Shown here: positions 1-9,163 of the stretch, piece by piece | Layout of the letters: each line of letters begins with the position of its first letter | Position numbering within the stretch: position 1 is the stretch's first letter | NCBI RefSeq assembly: GCF_023585745.1 | Contig: NZ_CP097762.1 | Coordinates: 510,001-542,000, forward strand | DNA length: 32,000 nucleotides | DNA from: Candidatus Saccharimonadota bacterium | GTDB taxonomy: Bacteria; Pseudomonadota; Gammaproteobacteria; Enterobacterales; Enterobacteriaceae | Direction: 5' to 3' | Program-made: the position numbers and the translations under genes | The notes under the pieces: model-generated | Seen by the model: the letters and a program-made list of their open reading frames with translations, nothing else | The model's database searches: none | Told to the model about the DNA's origin: nothing

Positions 1-204
1 ATTAGCAATTATAATTTGTATTTCTGTTACAGAAGTTTTAGATTGAATATAATCTCTTAAATTTTTTAATAACAATATTCGCTTTTGATTGTCACGAATT
101 TTTTTTTCATTATCTATAATTTCTCGTTGTAATTTATTCTTACGCCTAAATATACGCACAAACTCTAATACGTTACCAAACGACTGATTAACTTCATTGT
201 TCAT
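1..204 (-). CDS. yeeX: UPF0265/DUF496 family protein YeeX, N-terminal 68 codons; the gene continues beyond the window start
   Basis: Not in the ORF track because it runs off the window. Reverse-strand translation from the ATG at 204..202 gives [68 protein letters not shown], open to position 1. This closely matches my recollection of E. coli YeeX (..[38 protein letters not shown]..). In E. coli that gene lies on the same strand near the his operon. Confidence 0.8.
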   Translation of the reverse strand, partial: MNNEVNQSFGNVLEFVRIFRRKNKLQREIIDNEKKIRDNQKRILLLKNLRDYIQSKTSVTEIQIIIAN

Positions 205-1721
205 ATAAAACAACCTTTTATACTATAAATAATTACCGATTATAAATCCTGACGCATATCAATAATTATAAAATTTGCTAAAATTATCAACATTTACTAA
301 ATAACAAAAATTTTTTAAAATTAACCACCTATACAACAAACTAGTAAAATTACACAATAATACTATTATATATAATCCAAAAAAATCTTATATAAAATAA
401 ACACCATACATATATTATATAATATATGTATAAGATCTATACTAAAACACAAACAATCGAAAAATATTATATTATATAATATAAATTAAAATCCAATTAA
501 CATATCGATACAATCAACACAATACACTACTACTAAACTAGGAGCATTCAATATCTTACCAAAATAAGAAATAATATTCTTTAATATTTAACACAAATAA
601 ATATAAATTTTTTAATTCTATATAAAACTATAGTAATATAAATCTTACTTAATATAAAATATTAAAAGACGATATTTAAAATTTAAATATATTTAAACCA
701 AAATAAATAGCGCATTATACATTTATATTATGAAATATATAAGACAATATGAATATATTAAATACTACAAAACTCATATAAATGAACAGAAAAATTTTTG
801 TACAAAATATGTATATAATTTATTTTAATTTTTAATATAAACTAAAAAGCTAATTTTACTATTACATAACGCAATCTATATAAACATATCACAACATTAA
901 ATATATGATTATTTTCTATAAATTACTTGAGGTTTCTTATTAAATATTAAATTACACACAAATCTATTAAACAATTTTATCTATATGAATAGATAACAGT
1001 ATATATAAATTATACTATAATATAGTATATACTAATTGATAATCTATTTAAAATCATCATTGTACTGCTACATACTCCAATAACATTAAAATATCTTTAA
1101 TAACATGGAAAAATTATGTATTTAAATTCTATAAATAATAATACTAATACATATGCTAAATATCAAAAATAAAAAAATTAATATTCATTAATAACACCAT
1201 AATTTAATCTAAAATCTTCAGTAATAACACTACCGTAATATTTATATTATAATAATATTTTCATCTCATATAAATATAATTATAAATATATATAAATAAC
1301 TATAAAAATTAAAATCTATAATTTCAAATATTTACTACACTAAAATTTATATTTATAACATACCGAAAAACTTCACCAACACATTAATAAATTATTATTT
1401 ACATATAAAAAATAATATTTAAACATATATTTAATTTAATTAATTTATTAATTATATACATATAATATAAAGTAACTTTATAAAATTTAACCCTATACAA
1501 ATTTAATTATATTCGATAAAATATTGAACGGAAGGATGATGTTAACAAAGAAATTATGCTGTACATATTAATTTTACTATCATAATTCTAATTAATCTTC
1601 CAAATAAATTAACAATAAACACATTAAATACTTATTTATTAAAATTAAAAAAATATTTTTATTGTTAAAATTTATTGAAATACTAGATACATATAAATTT
1701 ATTATATAAGGCAACAATATT
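205..1721. other. Long A/T-rich non-coding spacer (about 1.5 kb) between yeeX and hisG; probable eroded gene remnant(s)
   Basis: The six-frame track has no ORF of 60 aa or more on either strand here. Stop codons are dense in all frames and G is very rare on the + strand. I found no tRNA-like or structured GC-rich element. Confidence 0.6.
406..431. repeat. 26-bp perfect palindrome (atacatatattatataatatatgtat) in the yeeX-hisG spacer
   Basis: All 13 pairs checked around the centre 418|419. Its 16-nt core tatattatataatata (411..426) recurs exactly at 468..483, inside a second 18-bp palindrome (467..484). Confidence 0.85.
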
Positions 1722-2621
1722 ATGTTGGACAAATCAAGATTAAGAATAGCAATTCAAAAATCAGGAAGATTAAGTAAAGAATCACAACAACTTCTTGAGC
1801 AATGTGGAATTAAAATTAATTTACAGCAGCAACGCCTACTCGCTTTTGCAGAAAATATAGCCATAGATATTATGCGAGTAAGAGATGATGATATACCTGG
1901 TTTAGTAATGGATGGAATAGTAGATTTAGGTATCATAGGAGAAAACGTATTAAAAGAAGCCCTACTGGCAAGAAAATCACAAGGAGATAATCCTTATTAT
2001 ATTATGTTACGCAGATTAGATTTTGGAGACTGTAGACTATCTATGGCGCTGCCTATAGATGAACCATGGGACGGGCCAAAATGTCTACAAGGGAAAAGAA
2101 TTGCTACATCATACCCCCATTTACTAAAACAATATTTAGATAAATTAAATATTAATTTTAAATCTTGTTTACTAAATGGTTCCGTAGAAGTCGCTCCGAG
2201 AGCTGGATTAGCAGATGCAATATGTGATCTTGTATCAACAGGTGCTACGTTAGAAGCTAACGGATTGTATGAAGTAGAAGTAATTTATAGATCCAAAGCA
2301 TGCCTAATTCAAAGAACTGGAAAATTATCCAATGTTAAACAATCTTTAATAAATACAGTAATGCTTCGAATTCAAGGGGTCATTCAAGCAAGAGGGTCAA
2401 AATACATCATGCTACATGCACCTACCGAACAATTAGAGGAAATTATTAGTTTACTACCTGGGGCAGAAAGTCCAACAGTATTACCATTGGCGGGTAATCA
2501 ACATCGTGTAGCTATATATATGGTAAGTAATGAAACATTATTTTGGGAAACTATGGAAAATTTAAAGAATCTTGGTGCTAGTTCTATTTTAGTGTTACCA
2601 ATAGAAAAAATGATGGAATGA
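1722..2621 (+). CDS. hisG: ATP phosphoribosyltransferase (long form), histidine biosynthesis step 1
   Basis: 299 aa, the same length as E. coli HisG and collinear with it (..RLRIA.QKSGRLS..; [21 protein letters not shown]; [33 protein letters not shown]; [11 protein letters not shown] at the C-terminus). First gene of a canonical his operon. Confidence 0.97.
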   Translation: MLDKSRLRIAIQKSGRLSKESQQLLEQCGIKINLQQQRLLAFAENIAIDIMRVRDDDIPGLVMDGIVDLGIIGENVLKEALLARKSQGDNPYYIMLRRLDFGDCRLSMALPIDEPWDGPKCLQGKRIATSYPHLLKQYLDKLNINFKSCLLNGSVEVAPRAGLADAICDLVSTGATLEANGLYEVEVIYRSKACLIQRTGKLSNVKQSLINTVMLRIQGVIQARGSKYIMLHAPTEQLEEIISLLPGAESPTVLPLAGNQHRVAIYMVSNETLFWETMENLKNLGASSILVLPIEKMME

Positions 2622-2627
2622 TAAATT

Positions 2628-3959
2628 ATGAATTCTTATGAAGAATTTACATCTATTGATTGGAACAAGTGTTCTTTTTCTGAAAAAAAGATGCTATTAA
2701 CTCGACCAATCTGTAATAAACCAAACAACATAACGCAAAAGGTTGCCAATATACTGCATGAAGTAAATAAAAATGGAGATGATGCTCTACATAAATTTAA
2801 TTTAATTTTTGACAAAATAAAATTAAAACAACTAAAAATTTCATATGAATCTATTGTAAAATCAGGTTACAATATATCCGATGAGATAAAACAAGCTATA
2901 AACACTGCAATATCCCATATCACTCTCTTTCACAAAACACAACATTATTCTGATATAAAACTGGAAATTATACCCGGCGTCAATTGCCAACAAATCACAC
3001 GCCCATTAAATATTGTGGGGCTATATGTTCCGGGAGGTACCGCTCCATTAATTTCAACGGTAATGATGTTAGGAATTCCAGCAAATATTGCTCAATGCAA
3101 ACGTATTATTCTATGTTCACCGCCTATAATACCTGAAGTACTTATATATACAGCAAAGCTCTGCGGAATTACAGAAATTTACCAAATTGGAGGTAGTCAA
3201 GCTATTGCAGCTATGGGTTTTGGAACCAAATCTATTCCGAAAGTCGATAAGATATTTGGTCCAGGTAACATATGGGTTACAGAAGCAAAACGACAAATTA
3301 ACAGCATGCCTAACGGAGCAGAAATCGATATGTTGGCTGGACCTTCCGAAGTATTAATTATTGCAGATGATACAGCTAATCCTATTTTTATAGCAGCAGA
3401 TCTTTTATCACAAGCAGAACACGGCATTGATTCACACGTAATACTTGCAACCCCTTGTATAAAAATTGCAGAACATACAAAAAAAGAATTGTATGAACAA
3501 TTACAAATTTTACCCAGAAATCATATTATTAAACACTCATTAAAAAATAGCCGAATCATTATTACTAATGATTTAATGGAATGCTTTTCAATAAGTAACA
3601 CATATGCTCCGGAGCATTTAATATTACAAATTCAACACGCAGAAAATTATTTACAACATATTGTTAACGCGGGATCAATATTTCTGGGTCACTGGTCACC
3701 AGAAACTGCTGGAGATTATATAAGTGGAACTAATCATGTATTGCCTACATATGGACACGCTACTACCAAATCAGGTTTAGGAGTTATAGATTTCCAAAAA
3801 AGAATCTTGGTACAACAACTTACACAAAAAGGACTCTTAAAATTATCATCAACAATTAAAATATTGACACAAATTGAACAATTACAAGCACATTTATATG
3901 CAGTAACACATCGTACCAATTACATTAAGGAAAACAATGAAGATTCAATCTCTGGCTAG
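2628..3959 (+). CDS. hisD: Histidinol dehydrogenase
   Basis: 443 aa. Carries HisD motifs (VPGGTAPL.ST..M, SQAEHG, YAPEHL, GDY.SGTNHVLPT) and sits immediately after hisG. Confidence 0.97.
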   Translation: MNSYEEFTSIDWNKCSFSEKKMLLTRPICNKPNNITQKVANILHEVNKNGDDALHKFNLIFDKIKLKQLKISYESIVKSGYNISDEIKQAINTAISHITLFHKTQHYSDIKLEIIPGVNCQQITRPLNIVGLYVPGGTAPLISTVMMLGIPANIAQCKRIILCSPPIIPEVLIYTAKLCGITEIYQIGGSQAIAAMGFGTKSIPKVDKIFGPGNIWVTEAKRQINSMPNGAEIDMLAGPSEVLIIADDTANPIFIAADLLSQAEHGIDSHVILATPCIKIAEHTKKELYEQLQILPRNHIIKHSLKNSRIIITNDLMECFSISNTYAPEHLILQIQHAENYLQHIVNAGSIFLGHWSPETAGDYISGTNHVLPTYGHATTKSGLGVIDFQKRILVQQLTQKGLLKLSSTIKILTQIEQLQAHLYAVTHRTNYIKENNEDSISG

Positions 3960-5004
3960 ACATGATATTTTATGTCTAAAACCTTATCAATCTGCCAGGA
4001 AATTAGCTCGATCATCAGCAGGACACTTATGGTTAAACGCTAATGAATTTCCTATTGCTCCTAATTATTACTCACTGAATCAAGAAAAAATCCATAGATA
4101 TCCTATGTGTCAACCACAAGAAATCATTCATAAATATGCTTGTTATGCTGGAATACAATCCAAACAAATTTTAGTATCCAGAGGAGCTGATGAAAGTATT
4201 GAATTATTAATGAAAGTATTTTGTAATCCCACAAAAGATACTATTATATTTTGTCCACCAACATATGGTATGTATAAAACTACCGCTGACATTTTAGGAA
4301 TTAAGTATAAAATTATACCGAAGAAAAAACACTGGCAAATTGATTTAGCACACATTAAATCACAATTAAATAATGTTAAATTAATTTATATTTGTAATCC
4401 AAATAATCCTACAGGTAATTTAATACATTTAAATAGTTTAAAAAAATTACTAAAAATTACTAAAAATAAAGCACTATTAATTATAGACGAAGCATACATT
4501 GACTTTTGTATCAACTCCAGCCTAGCAAGCTGGTTATCAGCATATTCGAATCTAGTAATTTTAAGAACACTATCTAAAGCATTTGCTTTAGCAGGATTAC
4601 GATGTGGTTTTACTTTGGCCAATCCAGAAATTATTAACTTGTTAAAAAAAGTAATTGCTCCTTATCCTATATCTACTCCAGTAATTGATATAGTTACTCA
4701 AGCTTTAACTCCAGAAAGTATAAAATATACACATGAACGAATTAACACAATTAACAAAAACCGAAATATTTTAATTGCAGCATTAAAACAATGTACTTGT
4801 GTTCAAAAAGTATTTATTAGTTATGCAAATTATGTATTAGTAAAATTTAATCCAAAATATAAAGTTTTTAAAAAATTACTGAAAAAAGGAATAATATTAA
4901 GAGATCAAAGTTATCAACCAGGTCTCAATAATTGCGTCCGAATTACTGTGGGTACATATAATGAATGTCACTATCTAATTTCTATTTTAAAAAAAATTAT
5001 ATAA
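3937..5004 (+). CDS. hisC: Histidinol-phosphate aminotransferase
   Basis: 355 aa, collinear with E. coli HisC (LKPYQSARKL, WLNANE.P, VSRGADE.IELL, CPPTYGMY, NPNNPTGN, the PLP-lysine context LRTLSKAFALAGLRCGF, and RITVGT). AAGGA Shine-Dalgarno at 3927..3931. Overlaps the hisD 3' end by 23 nt. Confidence 0.95.
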   Translation: MKIQSLARHDILCLKPYQSARKLARSSAGHLWLNANEFPIAPNYYSLNQEKIHRYPMCQPQEIIHKYACYAGIQSKQILVSRGADESIELLMKVFCNPTKDTIIFCPPTYGMYKTTADILGIKYKIIPKKKHWQIDLAHIKSQLNNVKLIYICNPNNPTGNLIHLNSLKKLLKITKNKALLIIDEAYIDFCINSSLASWLSAYSNLVILRTLSKAFALAGLRCGFTLANPEIINLLKKVIAPYPISTPVIDIVTQALTPESIKYTHERINTINKNRNILIAALKQCTCVQKVFISYANYVLVKFNPKYKVFKKLLKKGIILRDQSYQPGLNNCVRITVGTYNECHYLISILKKII

Positions 5005-5047
5005 CTAACTCCAAACTTATATAAATGAATAACTATCAGGAATACTC

Positions 5048-6127
5048 ATGTGCCATAAAATTTTATTTATAGATAGAGATGGAACATTAATCCATGAACC
5101 TAAAGACAATTTTCAAATCGATTCAGTAGAAAAACTTTCATTAGAACCATATGTTATTCCAGCGCTTATAACACTACGAGATATAGGTTTTAAATTTATT
5201 ATAGTAACCAATCAAAACGGATTAGGTAGTGATAAATTTCCGCAAAAAAAATTCGAAACACCACACAAATTAATGATAGATATCTTTCAATCACAGGGAA
5301 TTACATTTCATCAAGTATTAATTTGCTCTCATTTTCCTGAAGAAAAATGCAATTGTCGTAAACCAAAAACTGGGCTAATAGATCATTGGCTAAACAACAC
5401 ACAATTAAACAAATTTAATAGTTATGTTATAGGAGATCGAGATACTGATATAATTTTAGCGAATAACATGGGAATTTCAGGAATACAATACCATAGAACT
5501 AACTTTGGATGGGAAAAAATTACAAAATACTTGCTCAAACATTATCGCTCATCCTACGTATACCGAGCTACTACAGAGACTAATATAAAAATTAAGATAT
5601 GGCTCGATAAAAATGATAAGAATGATAAAAATCATATTAGCACTGGAATAAATTTTTTTAATCATATGTTACATCAAATCGCAATTCATTCAGGAATATC
5701 TATGAATATCATAGCTCAAGGCGATACCAATATAGATGATCATCATACTATAGAAGATACTGCATTAGTATTAGGAGAAGCCCTAAAAAAAGCATTAAAT
5801 AAAAAACGTGGCATCAAAAGATTTGGGTTTACTTTACCTATGGATGATAGTATTGCACAATGTGTCTTAGATATATCTGGACGATCATATTTTTACTATA
5901 AAGCTCATTATAATTTTCAAAAAATAGGAGATCTCAGCACTGAAATGATAGAACATTTTTTTAGATCCTTAACAACAACAATGGGCTGTACTTTACACTT
6001 AAACGTAAGTGGAACTAATGATCACCATAAAGCAGAAAGTTTATTTAAATCTTTCGGAAAATCATTAGGCCAAGCTATTTCGATCGAACATAACAGTATC
6101 CCTAGCTCTAAAGGAGCGCTATTATGA
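5048..6127 (+). CDS. hisB: Bifunctional histidinol-phosphatase / imidazoleglycerol-phosphate dehydratase
   Basis: 359 aa. N-terminal HAD phosphatase motifs (FIDRDGTLI, VTNQ.G, C.CRKPK.G, GDR.TD). C-terminal IGPD motifs (FF.HML.QIA.H, DDHHT.ED, GDLSTEMIEHFF.S, NDHHK.ES.FK.FG). AGGA SD upstream. The stop overlaps the hisH start as ATGA (6124..6127). Confidence 0.97.
   Translation: MCHKILFIDRDGTLIHEPKDNFQIDSVEKLSLEPYVIPALITLRDIGFKFIIVTNQNGLGSDKFPQKKFETPHKLMIDIFQSQGITFHQVLICSHFPEEKCNCRKPKTGLIDHWLNNTQLNKFNSYVIGDRDTDIILANNMGISGIQYHRTNFGWEKITKYLLKHYRSSYVYRATTETNIKIKIWLDKNDKNDKNHISTGINFFNHMLHQIAIHSGISMNIIAQGDTNIDDHHTIEDTALVLGEALKKALNKKRGIKRFGFTLPMDDSIAQCVLDISGRSYFYYKAHYNFQKIGDLSTEMIEHFFRSLTTTMGCTLHLNVSGTNDHHKAESLFKSFGKSLGQAISIEHNSIPSSKGALL
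5606..5632 (+). repeat. In-frame 9-nt tandem repeat x3 (gataaaaat / gataagaat / gataaaaat) encoding DKN-DKN-DKN in the hisB inter-domain linker
   Basis: Read directly from the sequence. It is in frame with hisB (5606-5048 is divisible by 3). It lies where E. coli HisB has a short non-repetitive linker between the phosphatase and dehydratase domains. Confidence 0.85.
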
Positions 6128-6716
6128 ATATAATAATTATAAATACCAAATGCGCAAATTTATTTTCTGTACATAATGTTCTGTATAAATTAGGATATAA
6201 TGCAGTAATCAGTGATGAAGCCGATATCATATCTAAAGCAGATAAGTTACTTTTACCAGGAGTCGGCACAGTTACAGCAGCAATGCAACAATTAAAAAAA
6301 AAAATTTAGTAAAATTAATACAACAATCTACTCAACCAATATTAGGTATTTGTTTAGGTATGCAACTCTTGGGGATCAACAGTGAAGAAAATAATCATAT
6401 TAACACTTTAAAAATTATTGATATACCTATTAAACATATAAAATCTGGTAATCTACCTCTCCCACATATGGGATGGAATACTATTTCCATACCAAAAAAA
6501 AAACATCCCCTATTTTACGATATAAATAAAAATGATTATTTTTATTTCGCACATAGCTATTATATAGATATATGTCATGTAACAATTTCTCAAACATGGT
6601 ATGGTCACTACTTTAGTGCAGTGATAGAATATAAAAATTTTTTTGGCGTACAGTTTCATCCAGAAAAATCCAGTACACCCGGAGAAAAACTAATAAAAAA
6701 TTTTATGGAGATGTGA
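6124..6716 (+). pseudogene. hisH: Imidazole glycerol phosphate synthase glutaminase subunit HisH, interrupted by a frameshift in an A11 tract; possibly rescued by slippage
   Basis: The track shows two pieces: 6124..6309 (MNIIIINTKCANL..LLPGVGTVTAAMQQLKKK) and 6360..6716 (..PLPHMGWN..FYFAHSY..GVQFHPEKS). Reading the second frame upstream from 6303 gives NLVKLIQQSTQPILGICLGMQLLG, which contains the catalytic Cys codon at 6351..6353. The frame change falls within the A run 6294..6304. A12, or a -1 slip, restores a 197-aa protein collinear with E. coli HisH. Confidence 0.9.
6294..6304 (+). repeat. Uninterrupted poly(A)11 homopolymer at the hisH frameshift site (a slippery A_AAA_AAA context)
   Basis: Counted directly: 7 A at 6294..6300 plus 4 A at 6301..6304, flanked by tt on both sides. 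Confidence 0.95.
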
Positions 6717-6719
6717 TCT

Positions 6720-7460
6720 ATGATAATTCCCGCATTAGACATTATAAACGGTGAAATAGTTAGATTGTATCAAGGTACTTATAGCAAAATTACTAAGTAT
6801 GGTAACCCATTATCATTCCTCAAACAATATATACAACAAGGCGCAAAAATTATACATTTAGTAGATTTAAACGGAGCTAAAGACCCAAAAACACGACAAA
6901 TTTCTTTATTTACTAAATTAATACAAACAATCTCCCCTGCGCTAAAAATACAAGTTGGTGGAGGAATACGTAGCGCAAAAGATATAGAGACTCTTTTAAA
7001 ATCCGGAGCAACACGCATTGTATTAGGTTCTATGTCAGTAACGCAACCTAAAATAGTAAAAAAATGGTTTGAATACTTTGATCCAAATAATTTAGTTCTA
7101 GCAATAGACATACACTGTTATTCTATAAAACATTGCAAAGTATTTATTTATGGTTGGCAAAAAGAAACAAACTTAGAATTTAACCAAATTATGGAAGAGT
7201 ATTATTCTTCAGGTATAAAACACGTGTTATGCACAGATATCGCTAAAGATGGAACTTTACTGGGTAGTAACATATCATTGTATAAATCAATATGTAATTC
7301 TTGGCCAAAAATATCTTTTCAATCCTCCGGAGGAATTAATACTTTAGAAGAAATAAAAACATTACGTAATTCTGGAGTTAAACACATTATTATTGGTCGT
7401 GCATTTTTAGAAAAAAAATTTACTATTTCTGAGGCCATATCATGTTGGCAAAAAGAATAA
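6720..7460 (+). CDS. hisA: ProFAR isomerase (1-(5-phosphoribosyl)-5-[(5-phosphoribosylamino)methylideneamino]imidazole-4-carboxamide isomerase)
   Basis: 246 aa. Begins MIIPALD..G..VRL.QG, followed by (beta/alpha)8 phosphate-binding motifs (VGGGIRS, SSGGI). GGAGA SD upstream. Positioned between hisH and hisF. Confidence 0.95.
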   Translation: MIIPALDIINGEIVRLYQGTYSKITKYGNPLSFLKQYIQQGAKIIHLVDLNGAKDPKTRQISLFTKLIQTISPALKIQVGGGIRSAKDIETLLKSGATRIVLGSMSVTQPKIVKKWFEYFDPNNLVLAIDIHCYSIKHCKVFIYGWQKETNLEFNQIMEEYYSSGIKHVLCTDIAKDGTLLGSNISLYKSICNSWPKISFQSSGGINTLEEIKTLRNSGVKHIIIGRAFLEKKFTISEAISCWQKE

Positions 7461-8221
7461 TTCCGTGTCTTGATGTAATAGATAATAAAGTAATCAAAGG
7501 TATACAATTCAAAAAACATACAATTATAGGAGATATTGTAGATTTAGCTAATCGTTACGCACAAGAAGGAGCTGATGAACTAGTATTTTATGATATAACT
7601 GCATCACCTCATAAAAAAATAGTAGATAAAAAATGGATTACTCGGGTTGCTAAAGTGATAAACATACCATTTTGTGTTGCAGGAGGTATTACGACTTTAG
7701 AACAAGCCAAACAAATTTTGGAATCTGGAGCAGATAAAATTTCAATTAATTCTCCTGCTTTAATTAATCCAGCTCTTATTAAAGAGCTATCCGAAAATTT
7801 AGGTAAACAATGCGTAGTAATTAGTATAGATATCTGGAAAAATACACAAAAAGATGATTCTTATCAAATCCAATATTATACTGGTGATAGTACTCAAACA
7901 TGCACAACAACATGGGAAATATTGGATTGGATTAAAACAATCCAAGAATATGGAGCCGGAGAAATAGTATTAAATATGATGAACCAAGATGGAATGAAAA
8001 TCGGATATAATTTAGAACTATTAAAATATATTAGACAATATTGTAAAGTGCCACTAATTGCTTCCGGTGGCGCTGGTACTGCTCAACATTTTTTAGAAGC
8101 TTTTCGCGATGCTAATGTAGATGGAGCGCTAGCTGCTTCAGTATTTCACAAAAAAATTATTAATATTAACAAATTAAAATATTTTTTAACACAAAAAGGT
8201 ATACAAATTAGATTATGCTGA
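7442..8221 (+). CDS. hisF: Imidazole glycerol phosphate synthase cyclase subunit
   Basis: 259 aa. The N-terminus [12 protein letters not shown] is identical to E. coli HisF. Also [58 protein letters not shown] and [17 protein letters not shown] at 7431..7434. Overlaps hisA by 19 nt. Confidence 0.97.
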   Translation: MLAKRIIPCLDVIDNKVIKGIQFKKHTIIGDIVDLANRYAQEGADELVFYDITASPHKKIVDKKWITRVAKVINIPFCVAGGITTLEQAKQILESGADKISINSPALINPALIKELSENLGKQCVVISIDIWKNTQKDDSYQIQYYTGDSTQTCTTTWEILDWIKTIQEYGAGEIVLNMMNQDGMKIGYNLELLKYIRQYCKVPLIASGGAGTAQHFLEAFRDANVDGALAASVFHKKIININKLKYFLTQKGIQIRLC

Positions 8222-8901
8222 TTAACACGCAACTTCATCAAAACAAAATTAATTGGACGAAAACAAATAATAATAAACTTATACCTGCAATAATACAACA
8301 CGCCACATCGGGTGAAGTATTAATGCTAGGTTATATGAATGAAGCCTCAATAATACAAACAGAAAAAACAAGGAAAGTAACATTTTTTTCAAGAAGTAAA
8401 AATAGATTGTGGACTAAAGGCGAACAATCTGGAAATATATTACAATTAATTGATTGGTATTTAGATTGTGATAATGACTCATTATTAATTCTTGCATTAC
8501 CACATGGTCCAACATGTCATTTCCATACTAATAGCTGTTTTCATCCTGCCATAACAACCTTTAGCTTTCTCTATCAATTAGAACACTTTCTATCCTTAAA
8601 AAAAAATATATCCCACCAATTGGGTAATACACAATCATCTTATACAGCTAAATTATACTCTCAAGGCATAAAACGTATTGCACAAAAAGTCGGAGAAGAA
8701 GGCATAGAAACTGCTTTAGCAGCAGTTACACACAATAATAATAAAACAGAAATTATCAACGAAGCAGCAGACTTAATATATCATCTATTAGTATTACTAC
8801 AACATACATCATTAACATTTAGCGTTGTACTACAAGAATTACAAAAAAGACATTATAATAATCAAAAAAAATCTACAACCCATAAATCTCATGATAAATA
8901 G
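8215..8901 (+). CDS. hisI: Bifunctional phosphoribosyl-AMP cyclohydrolase / phosphoribosyl-ATP pyrophosphatase
   Basis: 228 aa. Motifs: [77 protein letters not shown]. Has a short K/N/H-rich C-terminal extension relative to E. coli. Overlaps hisF by 7 nt. Confidence 0.95.
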   Translation: MLINTQLHQNKINWTKTNNNKLIPAIIQHATSGEVLMLGYMNEASIIQTEKTRKVTFFSRSKNRLWTKGEQSGNILQLIDWYLDCDNDSLLILALPHGPTCHFHTNSCFHPAITTFSFLYQLEHFLSLKKNISHQLGNTQSSYTAKLYSQGIKRIAQKVGEEGIETALAAVTHNNNKTEIINEAADLIYHLLVLLQHTSLTFSVVLQELQKRHYNNQKKSTTHKSHDK

Positions 8902-9163
8902 AAACAATAAATTACACTGATTAAATAGTTTACTTAAATAATTTAACTAACAAAATGAATTGCGGTAATAATATCACTCTAAAAATTTACTTACACATCG
9001 CCCATAATATATTTCATCCTACATATACTCAACACTTTTATATAATCACTTTATGATAATAAAATTAAAAAATTTTAATTTTATGTATGCAGTCTTATGC
9101 AATTAAAATATAAACCTAATTATATTAAAAATAATAATTTTTATATCAACTGTAATTATATTA

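Noticed and set aside
707-738. dif-like half sites: atagcgcatta (XerC-arm-like, 7 of 11 matches) and ttatgaaatat (XerD-arm-like, 8 of 11 matches).
   Set aside because: The arms are separated by 10 nt instead of the required 6-nt central region, and the matches are partial. Base-composition skew does not switch here, so this is not a terminus. Probably chance.
1536-1571. Mini-ORF MMLTKKLCCTY, preceded by GGAAGG, in the only G/C-containing patch upstream of hisG. Considered as a his leader peptide or small protein.
   Set aside because: It has no His codons, so it is not a his attenuator leader. The SD-like GGAAGG abuts the ATG at 0-3 nt spacing, which is too short. It is more likely a relic of decayed coding sequence.
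9059-9084. 12-bp-arm inverted repeat made only of A/T (ataaaattaaaa aa ttttaattttat) between the convergent hisI and gnd. Considered as a bidirectional terminator.
   Set aside because: The stem has no G:C pairs and only a 2-nt spacer, so it is thermodynamically weak. It is indistinguishable from compositional palindromes common in these spacers.
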